Of a stretch of 64,000 nt of DNA, positions 50,258 through 60,403 are shown one piece after another (position 1 is the first letter of the stretch; each line of letters starts with the position of its first letter). The translations under genes were made by a program, and so were the position numbers. The notes under the pieces are model-generated. The model saw only the letters and a list, made by a program, of their open reading frames with translations, searched no databases and had not been told where the DNA came from. This stretch comes from Dehalococcoidia bacterium (GTDB taxonomy: Bacteria > Chloroflexota > Dehalococcoidia > GIF9 > AB-539-J10), in contig JAUWQI010000001.1 in the NCBI GenBank assembly GCA_030611085.1, positions 32,390 through 96,389 of the forward strand. The letters run 5' to 3'.

Positions 50258-51391
50258 ATGACTAAAAAGCGAGTAGCTGTAGCACTAAGTGGCGGTGTGG
50301 ATTCCTCCGTGGCAGCTTTACTGCTTAAAGAGGCTGGATATGAAGTTATGGGTCTGCATGCCCGTTTGTGGGAATCTCCAAGTTCAGAGCAACAGAGACA
50401 GCAAGCTGAAAGTATCTGCCGTATTTTAAACATCCCCTTTCACATGATAGAGTTACAAAAGGAATTTAACCTCCAAGTAGTTGATTACTTTTGCCAGGAG
50501 TACCAACAGGGGCGGACTCCTAATCCTTGCGTTGCCTGTAATCAGCATGTAAAGTTTGGCCTACTCCTCGATAAAGCCCTTTCCCTGGGTGCTGACTGTT
50601 TAGCCACGGGGCATTATGCCCAAATTGAGCATTCTGTCAATGGCTATCACTTGCTTAAAGGGGCAGATGCGAGCAAGGACCAATCTTACTTTCTTTATAC
50701 CTTAAATCAGGAGAAACTCAGATATGTTCTTTTCCCTTTAGGTGGATATACCAAAGTTGAGGTTAAGCAGATAGCAGTAGGGTCGGGGCTTGTCCCCGAC
50801 CGCGGGTTGCCTGTGACAGCTAAGCCTAGCCAGGATATCTGCTTCATCTCTCAGAAGAATTACCATGCTTTTATCAGCCAACGTTTTACCAACATGCCAG
50901 GAGATATCATAGATACTCAAGGGAAAATACTAGGTCGCCATCAAGGAATAGCCTATTACACTATTGGGCAAAGACATGGTTTAGGATTGTCGTCAGGTAA
51001 GCCTCTTTATGTCATAAAGATAGAGCCAGGGCTTAACAGAATTGTGCTTGGCGAAGAAAAGGAACTTTACAGTCAGAAAATTACCGCTCGAAAGTTGAGA
51101 TGGGTACCAGGTGAACTACCTTCTGAGCCTATCGCTATTACAGCTAGGATACGCTATAAATCGAGAGAGGCGGAAGCTATACTATACCCACCCTGTTATT
51201 GCGAGCAAGGCGAAGCAATCTCTGATATTTGCTTTTCTCAGCCGCAGCGAGCAAGCACTCCAGGACAAGCCATCGTGTTTTATAAAGGTGATGAAGTGCT
51301 GGGTGGCGGCACCATAGAAAATAAAAGATTAAAATGCAAAAGGCAAAAATGCAGGGCAAAGGTAAAAACATTTTTAAGTTTTGACTTTTAA
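50258..51391 (+). CDS. mnmA: tRNA-specific 2-thiouridylase MnmA
   Basis: PP-loop ALSGGVDSS plus catalytic Cys; carries in-frame family-4 (50768-50812) and family-1 (51193-51222) repeat insertions. Confidence 0.9.
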   Translation: MTKKRVAVALSGGVDSSVAALLLKEAGYEVMGLHARLWESPSSEQQRQQAESICRILNIPFHMIELQKEFNLQVVDYFCQEYQQGRTPNPCVACNQHVKFGLLLDKALSLGADCLATGHYAQIEHSVNGYHLLKGADASKDQSYFLYTLNQEKLRYVLFPLGGYTKVEVKQIAVGSGLVPDRGLPVTAKPSQDICFISQKNYHAFISQRFTNMPGDIIDTQGKILGRHQGIAYYTIGQRHGLGLSSGKPLYVIKIEPGLNRIVLGEEKELYSQKITARKLRWVPGELPSEPIAITARIRYKSREAEAILYPPCYCEQGEAISDICFSQPQRASTPGQAIVFYKGDEVLGGGTIENKRLKCKRQKCRAKVKTFLSFDF

Positions 51392-52040
51392 CTTTCGCAG
51401 GAATATGTCGCAGCCACCAAGCCTTGACGAGGAAAACAAGCTTAAGTCCCAGGGTTATGAGCTTATTGCTGGCATTGATGAGGTCGGACGAGGTGCTCTT
51501 GCCGGCCCCGTAGTTGCCGCTGCTATTATTCTGCCTCAGTTCACTTCTCTGCCCTGGTTTAAGCTGGTTCGGGATAGTAAGGAGTTAAGCCCTAAGAAGC
51601 GTGAATCCCTTTTCGGTTTGATTAGCAGTGATGCCTTAGCTGTGGGCATTGGCAGTGTTTCGCCACAAGCGATTGATTCTATAAATATCTTCGAGGCAAC
51701 TAGACTAGCAATGATGCAGGCTGTAGAAAAGCTGCCTCAGCAGCCGAGTTTTCTCCTCATTGATAGGCTAACCTTGCCGCGATGCCCTATCCCTCAAATG
51801 GGGATAACTAAAGGTGATAAACTATGCCTCTCTATTGCCTGTGCTTCTATTATAGCCAAGGTCACCAGAGACCATCTCATGGAGGAGATTGATGGAACTT
51901 ACCCTGGTTATGGCTTTGCCAAGCATAAAGGTTATGGAACAAGAGAACATATTTCCCGTTTACAACAACTAGGTTCCTCACCAGTTCACCGCTTATCTTT
52001 TGCTCCCATTAAGAAAAAAGCACTAAATACTAATATCTAA
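51381..52040 (+). CDS. rnhB: ribonuclease HII
   Basis: GIDEVGRGALAGPVV motif. Confidence 0.9.
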   Translation: MTFNFRRNMSQPPSLDEENKLKSQGYELIAGIDEVGRGALAGPVVAAAIILPQFTSLPWFKLVRDSKELSPKKRESLFGLISSDALAVGIGSVSPQAIDSINIFEATRLAMMQAVEKLPQQPSFLLIDRLTLPRCPIPQMGITKGDKLCLSIACASIIAKVTRDHLMEEIDGTYPGYGFAKHKGYGTREHISRLQQLGSSPVHRLSFAPIKKKALNTNI

Positions 52041-52108
52041 ATCCTAAGAAATTAGGAATTTGGATTTGTTTAGAGTTTAGGAATTCGAATTTAGGATTTA
52101 CTTAGAGG

Positions 52109-52480
52109 ATGAATCGCCAAGAAGTCGGTAAATTGGGAGAGAAATTAGCCCAGAAATTTCTTAAAAAGAGGGGCTATCATATTCTTGAGACGAATTTTCG
52201 CTGCCGCGAAGGGGAAATTGATATCGTTGCTCGACAAAAAGATTACCTTGTCTTTATAGAAGTTCGCACTAAAAGCAATCTAGCCTTTGGCACTCCAGAG
52301 GAATCAATAACTGGAGCTAAAAAGGGGAGATTGGTTGCTTCAGCCTTCGCTTACATTAGCATTCACCAAAATCTGCCCTCTTTATGGCGTATAGATGTTG
52401 TAGCCATAGAAGTTGATGATAAGGGTAAGACCAAACGCATTGAACTTATTGAGAACGCTATTGAGCAGCCGCGTTATTAA
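52109..52480 (+). CDS. yraN: YraN-family (UPF0102) endonuclease
   Basis: GE..A..FL...GY.IL..N...R.GEID PD-(D/E)xK-like YraN pattern. Confidence 0.8.
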   Translation: MNRQEVGKLGEKLAQKFLKKRGYHILETNFRCREGEIDIVARQKDYLVFIEVRTKSNLAFGTPEESITGAKKGRLVASAFAYISIHQNLPSLWRIDVVAIEVDDKGKTKRIELIENAIEQPRY

Positions 52481-52572
52481 AAGTAAAATACGCTGTGCTG
52501 AGAAAGAACTGAAATTCTAATTGGATATTATGAGGATAATAGTGTAAATTAAATTAACGATAAAAGGGAGGA

Positions 52573-54510
52573 GTGAATATGAACCAATTGGGAAACCTGT
52601 TTAAGCCTATCAAGATAGGGAAGGTAGAGCTTAAGAATAGAATTGTAATGCTAGCGCTAACTACAGGATATAGTGAATCCGATAATACTATTGGCGACCG
52701 CTTTATTAACTTTTATACTGAAAGAGCCAAAGGTGGTGCTGGGCTTATTATTGTGCCCTTCACTCCCGTTGATATTGCGTCTCCTGCGCAACCCGGCTTA
52801 TACCATGATCACTTTCTCCACGGTGCACGCAAGTTAGTCGATGCGGTTCACGCTCAGGGGGCAAGAATAGCTGTTCAGTTGATCACCCAGTATCACTGGG
52901 TAACCAGTGAAGGTAGCTCGGCTGAGGTGATAGGCCCTTCACCAGTATTCAATCAGATAATGCGCTGCACTCCAAAAGCTCTCACTATCGAGGAAATTCA
53001 CCGCCTTGTTGAGGAATATGGGAAAGCAGCTTTGAGGGCACGAGAAGCTGGGTTCGATGCTATAGAGATAGCTATAGTAGGAGGATATCTGTTAAACCGC
53101 TTTTTGTCTCCGTATAGCAACAAGCGCCAGGATAAGTATGGTGGGAGTTTGGAAAACAGGATGCGTCTTCCTTTAGAAATCATTGAAACTATAAAGCAAA
53201 CCACAGGCGAAGATTATCCCATTATTTGTCGTCTCAATGTAGAAGAGTTTATGGAAGATGGACATACTATTAGAGATTCTAAGAAGGTGGCTCCTGTGCT
53301 TGAAGCATCTGGCATTGAAGCAATAAATCTTTATGTAGGCTGGCATGAATGCTCGGTGCCTACCGTACAGATGTCAGTGCCTAGAGGGGCTTTCGTTTAT
53401 TGTGCGGAGGAGATTAAAGAGGTGGTCGACATTCCTGTAATTGTTGCCAATCGTATTAATGATCCAATCCTAGCAGAGAATATCCTATCTCAAGGGAAAG
53501 CTGATCTCATAGGTATGGCTCGAGCATTGCTTGCTGACCCTGAATTTCCCAACAAAGCAAGAGAGGGAAGGATTGACGAAATTGTTCCTTGCATTGCCTG
53601 TTCGCATTGCCTTGCCGAGCTTTTGAAGACATATAAAGATTGGAAGAATCCAGTTTCTGCATTTTGTGCTGTAAATCCTAGAGCAGGAAAAGAAGCGGAA
53701 TATGCCATAAAACCCACTCCAATTTCTAAAAAAGTATTTGTTATTGGTGGTGGCCCTGGAGGTATGGAGGCAGCAATAATAGCGGCGTCAAGAGGTCATC
53801 AGGTTACTCTTTATGAAAAGGGAGATAAATTAGGAGGGCAACTTTTGATAGCTTCCTTACCCCCGTATAAGGACGAAATAAACTCTTTGGTTCGGAGCTT
53901 AATTGTGCGAACACACAAGGCTGATGTGGAAGTTAAATTGAATACTGAGGTTAACCTTGAAACTATAGAGCAAGAGAAGCCAGATGTTGTGGTTCTAGCT
54001 ACAGGAGCTACGCCGATCATACCAGATATGCTGGGAGTTCAAGGGGATAATGTAGTTACAGCAGTGGAGGTGCTAAACAAGCAAAAGGAAGTTGGCAAAA
54101 ATGTAGTTGTTATCGGCGGTGGAATGGTTGGTTGTGAAGCAGCGGAGTTTTTAGCTCAGCAAGAAAAGAAAGTAACCATTGTAGAGATGCTAGGTCGTAT
54201 AGGAAGTGATATAGTAACGACTAACAGGCCCTTCTTTCTGGCAAGGCTGAGGAAAGCCGGCGTAAGAATGGATACCAATGTTAAAGTGGAAGAAATAACT
54301 AACAATGGTGTAAGGATAAGTCGGAATGGAGTTCCTGACTTCCTTGAAGGGGACACCGCAGTGCTTGCTGTAGGTTTCAAGGCAAATAGGGAACTTGCTG
54401 AGAAGTTAAAGGAGAAGGTTGCAGCATTATACTTAGTTGGAGATTGTGCTGAACCTCGCATGATAAAAGAAGCCATAAAGGAAGGGTTTTGTGTGGGCAT
54501 GGAAATTTAG
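52573..54510 (+). CDS. Old-Yellow-Enzyme-family NADH:flavin oxidoreductase fused to FAD/NAD(P)-binding domain (2,4-dienoyl-CoA-reductase-like)
   Basis: TIM-barrel OYE N-terminus, 4-Cys cluster, C-terminal GGGPGG Rossmann. Confidence 0.8.
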   Translation: MNMNQLGNLFKPIKIGKVELKNRIVMLALTTGYSESDNTIGDRFINFYTERAKGGAGLIIVPFTPVDIASPAQPGLYHDHFLHGARKLVDAVHAQGARIAVQLITQYHWVTSEGSSAEVIGPSPVFNQIMRCTPKALTIEEIHRLVEEYGKAALRAREAGFDAIEIAIVGGYLLNRFLSPYSNKRQDKYGGSLENRMRLPLEIIETIKQTTGEDYPIICRLNVEEFMEDGHTIRDSKKVAPVLEASGIEAINLYVGWHECSVPTVQMSVPRGAFVYCAEEIKEVVDIPVIVANRINDPILAENILSQGKADLIGMARALLADPEFPNKAREGRIDEIVPCIACSHCLAELLKTYKDWKNPVSAFCAVNPRAGKEAEYAIKPTPISKKVFVIGGGPGGMEAAIIAASRGHQVTLYEKGDKLGGQLLIASLPPYKDEINSLVRSLIVRTHKADVEVKLNTEVNLETIEQEKPDVVVLATGATPIIPDMLGVQGDNVVTAVEVLNKQKEVGKNVVVIGGGMVGCEAAEFLAQQEKKVTIVEMLGRIGSDIVTTNRPFFLARLRKAGVRMDTNVKVEEITNNGVRISRNGVPDFLEGDTAVLAVGFKANRELAEKLKEKVAALYLVGDCAEPRMIKEAIKEGFCVGMEI

Positions 54511-54665
54511 CGGGAAACACTAAAACAGCCTGGAAGTCAGCAGTTTAATAGTCAGGACCTGGGACTAATGACCAGGGACTGGAGGCTTGGGGGAAGTGTT
54601 TCGTGTGATCTCTAAATCTATTGTCAAGCACATAATTCAGTGCTACCCTTTGAGATGGTATTACT

Positions 54666-56030
54666 ATGGGTAATAGGCAGCACTTATTTGGAACTAGTGG
54701 AGTCAGGGGCGTAGTTGGCCAAGATCTATCAGTGGATCTTTGCTGCCAAGTTGCCCTAGCAGTGGGTACTACCTTGCCTCAATCTTCCACAGTTTGTATC
54801 GCCACTGATACTAGAACGAGCAAAGAAGTAGTTAAAGGAGCAGTTATCTCGGGCTTGCTTTCCTGTGGTATAAATATAGTTGATTTAGGCATTTTGCCTA
54901 CCCCAGCGCTGGCACTTTTAACTCGCGAGTTGGGATTTGATACAGGGGTAATGATTACTGCCTCCCACAATCCCCCTGAGTTCAACGGAATCAAGCTTTT
55001 CACCGGGAATTCGCTGGGATATAGCCAGGCTCGGGAGGCCGAGATAGAGAAAGTTTATTTTGCCAAGAAATTCAGGCGAGGAGAGGTAGGAACTTTAGAG
55101 CAGGCGTATGATTTGAAACAAAAATATTTTTCCTTTATTAAGGATAAGTTTCCTCTGCCAAGATTCAATCGTCAGTTAAAAGTAGTTGTCGACCCTGGCA
55201 ATGGCGCTGCCTCTGGATTTGCCAGTGATATCTTTGCCCAAATGGGTCTCAGTGTAATCCCTATAAATGATGAGCCGGATGGCCTCTTCCCGGGAAGAAA
55301 TCCCGAACCTAGAGAAGATACGCTTCAGTCAACTGTAGAATTCCTAAAGCAACAGAAAGCTGACTTAGCTGTCTGTTTTGATGGCGATGCTGACCGCGTC
55401 GTTTTCTGCGATAAGGAAGGCTTCTTGGGTTTCAATGAGCCGATTGCCTTTATCTCCAGACTTGTGGCTAAGAAAACAGGAAAGAAAAGGATCGCCACTA
55501 CAGTGGAGACGGGGAAACTTCTTGACTTGGCAGTAAATGACCTCGGCGTAGAAGTAATCAGAGGCAAGGTAGGTGATGTCAACGTGGCTTACTTAGCTCA
55601 GGAGATTGATGCTGCCCTGGGGGTAGAGGGGGTAGGCGTTTATATCCTTCCCCAGGTGGGCTATTACCCGGATAGCATTTTCGCTTCACTTACTCTGTTA
55701 AGCCAGTTAAGCGATATCGGTGAAGTTAGACAATACTTCCAAGACATGCCCAAATTATTCTTTGAAAAAAGCAAGGTTCCTTGCCCCAACAAACTCAAGA
55801 GTCCAGTTATGGCTCGAGTAAAAGAAAGGGCTCGTCTTTTTACTCCCAATGAGATAAATATCCTTGATGGCTTAAGGCTTGAGTTTGATGATTCCTGGAT
55901 GCTCATAAGAGCTAGTGGCACTGAGCCTGCCGTCCGAATCATTGCTGAGTCAACATCGGAGCGACAGACCGATGAGCTTATAAGCAAGGGAGCGGAACTT
56001 GTTCAAAACCTTGTGGAGGCCCAAAAGTGA
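54666..56030 (+). CDS. phosphohexose mutase (phosphoglucosamine/phosphomannomutase, archaeal-type GlmM-like)
   Basis: GTSGVRG and TASHNPPEFNGIK active-site motifs. Confidence 0.8.
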   Translation: MGNRQHLFGTSGVRGVVGQDLSVDLCCQVALAVGTTLPQSSTVCIATDTRTSKEVVKGAVISGLLSCGINIVDLGILPTPALALLTRELGFDTGVMITASHNPPEFNGIKLFTGNSLGYSQAREAEIEKVYFAKKFRRGEVGTLEQAYDLKQKYFSFIKDKFPLPRFNRQLKVVVDPGNGAASGFASDIFAQMGLSVIPINDEPDGLFPGRNPEPREDTLQSTVEFLKQQKADLAVCFDGDADRVVFCDKEGFLGFNEPIAFISRLVAKKTGKKRIATTVETGKLLDLAVNDLGVEVIRGKVGDVNVAYLAQEIDAALGVEGVGVYILPQVGYYPDSIFASLTLLSQLSDIGEVRQYFQDMPKLFFEKSKVPCPNKLKSPVMARVKERARLFTPNEINILDGLRLEFDDSWMLIRASGTEPAVRIIAESTSERQTDELISKGAELVQNLVEAQK

Positions 56031-57346
56031 AAGCTATTTTTCTCTGTGGAGGTAGTGGTAAGAGAATGTTTCCCATCACTGAGGATAAATTCCTCCTCGA
56101 TTTTCTAGGAAAGTCTTTGCTCCAGCGCCAGATAGAAATAGCCCAGGAAGCTGGACTGAAGCACTTTGTCATCATCGGAAATCCAAGCAATATGGAGAAA
56201 GTAGAGCGAATAGCTAAGAGCATTTTTGGTGCCAGGTTTGAGTTTGCTCTCCAGGAAAAGCCATTGGGTATCGCTGATGCCTTGAGGAGTGCCTCGCCTT
56301 TTCTTCAAGGGCAGGTTTTAGTAGTAAATCCCAATGATGTCTTCTCCGTCTCAGCATACACTAAAATCATCGCAGAGGCTAAAAAAGCCCCTGCTTCATC
56401 CTACGTGCTGGGCTACCAGGTCGAGGAATATTTTCCTGGAGGCTATCTTGAGGTGAATTCTCAAGGTGAACTGCAGCATATTGTAGAAAAGCCTAAGCCT
56501 GGCGAGGAGCCCAGCAACTTAGTGAATATCCTGACACATCTTCATAATGACCCTAAAAAACTCCTGCAATATATTGGAAGCGTTCAAACTATCAGGGATG
56601 ATGTTTATGAATGTGCTCTGGATAATATGGTGAAGGAAGGATACAAGGTCAAGGTGATTCCCTATAGTAATTTTTGGGCACCGATAAAATATCCCTGGCA
56701 TATCTTCAAAGTGGTGGAATATTTCCTGGATAGTGCTGAGCCTTATATATCTCCTACAGCGCATATTTCTGAGAAAGCAACTATTGAGGGGAAAGTTATC
56801 TTAGGGGACAATGTTAAGGTGTTGGAGAACGCCGTGATTCGGGGCCCAGTGTATATTGGGGCGAACTCTATAATTGGCAATAATGCCCTAGTGCGGGATT
56901 ATAGCCATATTGGTGCTAACTCGGTTGTAGGCTACTCCACAGAGATAAAACATTCTTACATTGGCGATAATTGCTGGTTTCACTCTAATTATATTGGCGA
57001 CTCTGTAATAGATGGTGATTGCTCCTTCGGCAGTGGTGCTATAACAGCTAATTTTCGTCTGGATGAAGAAAATGTCTGTGTAGAAGTCAGTAGTAGCAAA
57101 GTAGATACTGGGCGTGATAAACTTGGCGCCATTGTGGGTGAAGGTTGCCGCATTGGAATAAATGCCAGTCTCATGCCTGGAGTTCGAGTTGGCTCTAACT
57201 CCTTTGTGGGGCCCCAGGTATGTTTGCGCCGAGATCTGGAGGCAAATAAAATGGCTCTGCTTGAACCTCAATATCAAATATGGAACAATGAAACAAGGCT
57301 AGCCCAAGGCAAAAGACAAGAACTATTGCAGAGGTTATCGGATTAA
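56027..57346 (+). CDS. bifunctional sugar-1-phosphate nucleotidyltransferase / hexapeptide acyltransferase (archaeal-type GlmU-like)
   Basis: N-terminal LCGGSGKRM NTP-transferase motif, C-terminal left-handed beta-helix; sits between glmM-like and glmS. Confidence 0.65.
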   Translation: MKAIFLCGGSGKRMFPITEDKFLLDFLGKSLLQRQIEIAQEAGLKHFVIIGNPSNMEKVERIAKSIFGARFEFALQEKPLGIADALRSASPFLQGQVLVVNPNDVFSVSAYTKIIAEAKKAPASSYVLGYQVEEYFPGGYLEVNSQGELQHIVEKPKPGEEPSNLVNILTHLHNDPKKLLQYIGSVQTIRDDVYECALDNMVKEGYKVKVIPYSNFWAPIKYPWHIFKVVEYFLDSAEPYISPTAHISEKATIEGKVILGDNVKVLENAVIRGPVYIGANSIIGNNALVRDYSHIGANSVVGYSTEIKHSYIGDNCWFHSNYIGDSVIDGDCSFGSGAITANFRLDEENVCVEVSSSKVDTGRDKLGAIVGEGCRIGINASLMPGVRVGSNSFVGPQVCLRRDLEANKMALLEPQYQIWNNETRLAQGKRQELLQRLSD

Positions 57347-57347
57347 G

Positions 57348-59123
57348 ATGTGCGGTATTATTGGCTATTGTGGCAACAAACCAGCAGCCCCGGTTGTCCT
57401 TGAGGGGCTGAAATGCCTGGAATATCGTGGCTATGATTCGGTAGGTGTAGCTATCCTATGCGATGCGCAATTGCTAATAAGAAAGGATGCTGGCAAAATT
57501 GAAGAAGTCAGTGAAAAGCATGGCTTGGATTCACTCCCCGGCAATATCGCCATCGGACATACTCGCTGGGCAACTCATGGCAGTGTTACCCAAGCTAATG
57601 CTCACCCCCACTCGGACTGCAGCGGTAGAATAGCTGTAGTCCACAATGGCATTATTGAGAACTATCAAGAGCTTCGCCAGGAACTTATTAGCCAGGGACA
57701 CCGCTTTAGCTCGGAAACAGATAGTGAGGTCATCCCGCATCTTCTCGAAGATGAACTTAAAAGTGGATGCTCCTTAGAAGAGGCTGTCTTAGCTATAGCT
57801 CCGAAACTTGAGGGTTCTTATGCCTTCCTGGTTCTCTCCCGTGATGACTCAGGCAAGATTGTGGGCACAAGGAAAAATAATCCCCTGGTTATTGGTGCTG
57901 ATGGCCATGCCTATTATGTTAGTAGTGATGCCCTGGCTTTCTCCCAATATACCAATCAGGTAATAACTTTGAGGGATACCGAGGTGGTGATATTAACATC
58001 GGACAAAATTGAATTTCTCGATGCTGCGGGAAATAGGTTGACCAAGCAATCCGAAGAGCTCGACAGTAGTTGGGCAGGTAATCATAAAGATGGCTACCCA
58101 TTTTTTATGCTCAAGGAGATAATGGAACAACCCCAGGTGCTGAGCAAAACAGCTTATCAAGATGAGAGAAAATTCACCGATATCGCCTTGGATATCTTGA
58201 GAGCCAGGCAAGTAATCATAACCGCTTGTGGCACCTCCCGCTATGCCTCTCTGGTAGGCAGATATCTTTTTTCCAAAGTGGGCAAGAAGTTTTGTGATGT
58301 GGTCATGGCCTCTGAGTTCGGTTACTTCGCTGATTCTGTGGATAAAAACACCTTGGTTATAGCCGTGTCCCAGAGTGGCGAGACCGCTGATGTAATTGAA
58401 GGAGTAAAGGCGGCTAGAGATGCTGGCGCTGAAATTGTCTCTATTGTCAACCGACCTAACTCTATACTGGCTGACCTGAGTCACCAAGTTATTCCCCTCA
58501 ATTGCGGTCCCGAGATAGGGGTAGCGGCTACCAAGACTTTCCTATCTCAACTAGCCGTGTTTTATCTATTATCTTTCTCTATGGTCAACTCTTTTGATAA
58601 GGCTTGCATTCAACTCAGCGACATGAGCAGCAAGATAACTGAAGCCTTAAATTGCAACAACGATGGGCTCATTAAGCTCAGCCAAGAGCTGAAGGATAAA
58701 AATAACTTCTATTACATCGCCCGAGGAATTAACTTTGCCATTGCCTCTGAAGGTGCCTTGAAGCTTAAAGAGATTTCCTATATCCATGCTGAAGGAATGC
58801 CCGCTGGGGAGCTCAAGCATGGCACTTTAGCTCTCATAGAACAAGATACACCAGTGGTGGTGATTTGTCCTGCTGATTATGCCTATAGTGAAACTCTAAG
58901 CAATGCCATAGAGGCGAAGTCTCGTGGAGCTTATATCATCGCTGTTTCTGACAAAGAAAGCGACATCTATGACTTCTGGATCAAAATTCCCGAAGTTGAT
59001 GAGCTTTTGTACCCCATGGTCGCTGTAGTTCCTTTGCAGCTCCTGGCTTATTACATGGCGGTCAGTCGTGGGTACGACCCTGACAAGCCCCGCAATTTAG
59101 CCAAGTCAGTTACCGTAAAGTAA
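57348..59123 (+). CDS. glmS: glutamine--fructose-6-phosphate aminotransferase
   Basis: MCGIIGY Ntn Cys, two SIS domains, C-terminal ...KSVTVK. Confidence 0.95.
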   Translation: MCGIIGYCGNKPAAPVVLEGLKCLEYRGYDSVGVAILCDAQLLIRKDAGKIEEVSEKHGLDSLPGNIAIGHTRWATHGSVTQANAHPHSDCSGRIAVVHNGIIENYQELRQELISQGHRFSSETDSEVIPHLLEDELKSGCSLEEAVLAIAPKLEGSYAFLVLSRDDSGKIVGTRKNNPLVIGADGHAYYVSSDALAFSQYTNQVITLRDTEVVILTSDKIEFLDAAGNRLTKQSEELDSSWAGNHKDGYPFFMLKEIMEQPQVLSKTAYQDERKFTDIALDILRARQVIITACGTSRYASLVGRYLFSKVGKKFCDVVMASEFGYFADSVDKNTLVIAVSQSGETADVIEGVKAARDAGAEIVSIVNRPNSILADLSHQVIPLNCGPEIGVAATKTFLSQLAVFYLLSFSMVNSFDKACIQLSDMSSKITEALNCNNDGLIKLSQELKDKNNFYYIARGINFAIASEGALKLKEISYIHAEGMPAGELKHGTLALIEQDTPVVVICPADYAYSETLSNAIEAKSRGAYIIAVSDKESDIYDFWIKIPEVDELLYPMVAVVPLQLLAYYMAVSRGYDPDKPRNLAKSVTVK

Positions 59124-59152
59124 TCCAGGCATCAAAAAGCCTTGTTATTAAA

Positions 59153-60400
59153 ATGCTTTCAAATCTTTTGGGACTCGTTACTCGATATAAGGGAAGGAAA
59201 TTTCTCAAGCTCAACGAAGAAATCGATGAATCGAAGGTTGTAGGGTTTGGTTCGGGTGGCGAGGAAATTGCGCTTTACATCCACATCCCATTTTGCAGAA
59301 GCCTCTGCCCCTATTGTTGCTTTAACAGATACCTGTTTAATGAGAATAAAGCGAGGAAATACTTTAACAATCTCAAAAGAGAGCTTGACCTTTACATTCG
59401 GCGAGGGTTCAAATTCTCAACATTTTATTTTGGCGGCGGAACCCCAACTGTGTTAATGGATGAGTTACTGGCATTCATAGATTACCTCAAGAAAAACTTC
59501 GAGGTGAGGCAAATTTCTGTGGAAACTACAGCTCGTGAAGTAACTGAGGAAAATGTGAAGCTCCTAAAGGACGCTGGAGTCAATAGGCTGTCCATCGGGG
59601 TGCAGAGCTTCCATGACAGCATATTAAAGGCAATGGGAAGGTCATTTTGTGGTGGCGAGGAGATAAAGGAGAAGGTTCTAGTTGCTAAGGGTAAATTCGA
59701 TACCCTTAACCTCGACTTTATATTTAATTTTCCTTCCCAGACTGTGGAGCAATTTGAAGTCGACTTGGAGATTTTCACAAGCCTGGGTGTAGAGCAAGCT
59801 ACCTTTTATCCCTTGATGCCTTCCCCACATAAGAGGAATGCTCTGGAACGGAGATTCAACAAGGTGGACACATCGCGAGAAGAGAGATTTTACCAAGTTA
59901 TTGTGAAGGAGCTTGCCACTAATGGCTACAACCCTTCCACTGTCTGGTGTTTTTCCCGAGGCGAAAGGATGATAGATGAGTATGTAGTTGACTTCGATGA
60001 CTATATTGGCATAGGATGCGGGTCGGTAAGTCTCTTCAGAGGAAACTTCTATGCTAATTCATTTTCCCTGGACAGGTACGAGGAATTTCTAGCCCAGGGT
60101 AAGCTCCCCATAATTCGGTGGAGAGGGCTATCTGAGCATGAATTGCTTTATTATTATCTCTTGTCAAAGCTATTTGGGATGAGAATAGACACGGGGAAGT
60201 TCCATCACAAGTTTAATGCCGACATATATAAAAAGTTGAGGAAGGAGCTATTATTCCTCAAGTTTTTTGGCTTGATTCAGGAAGAGGATGGGGGAATAGC
60301 TTTAACACAAAAGGGGATGTACCCGGTGAATGTGATGACGAGGGAATTTTTCTCCTCTTTGAATGGTTTAAGGGAATACTGCATCGAGAATCAGATTTAG
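59153..60400 (+). CDS. radical SAM protein, HemN/HemW-like
   Basis: CxxxCxYC (CRSLCPYC) radical SAM motif, HemN_C-like tail. Confidence 0.75.
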   Translation: MLSNLLGLVTRYKGRKFLKLNEEIDESKVVGFGSGGEEIALYIHIPFCRSLCPYCCFNRYLFNENKARKYFNNLKRELDLYIRRGFKFSTFYFGGGTPTVLMDELLAFIDYLKKNFEVRQISVETTAREVTEENVKLLKDAGVNRLSIGVQSFHDSILKAMGRSFCGGEEIKEKVLVAKGKFDTLNLDFIFNFPSQTVEQFEVDLEIFTSLGVEQATFYPLMPSPHKRNALERRFNKVDTSREERFYQVIVKELATNGYNPSTVWCFSRGERMIDEYVVDFDDYIGIGCGSVSLFRGNFYANSFSLDRYEEFLAQGKLPIIRWRGLSEHELLYYYLLSKLFGMRIDTGKFHHKFNADIYKKLRKELLFLKFFGLIQEEDGGIALTQKGMYPVNVMTREFFSSLNGLREYCIENQI

Positions 60401-60403
60401 ATT

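Noticed and set aside
57300-57350. glmS ribozyme
   Set aside because: glmS start overlaps the stop of the upstream gene; there is no leader to hold a ribozyme.
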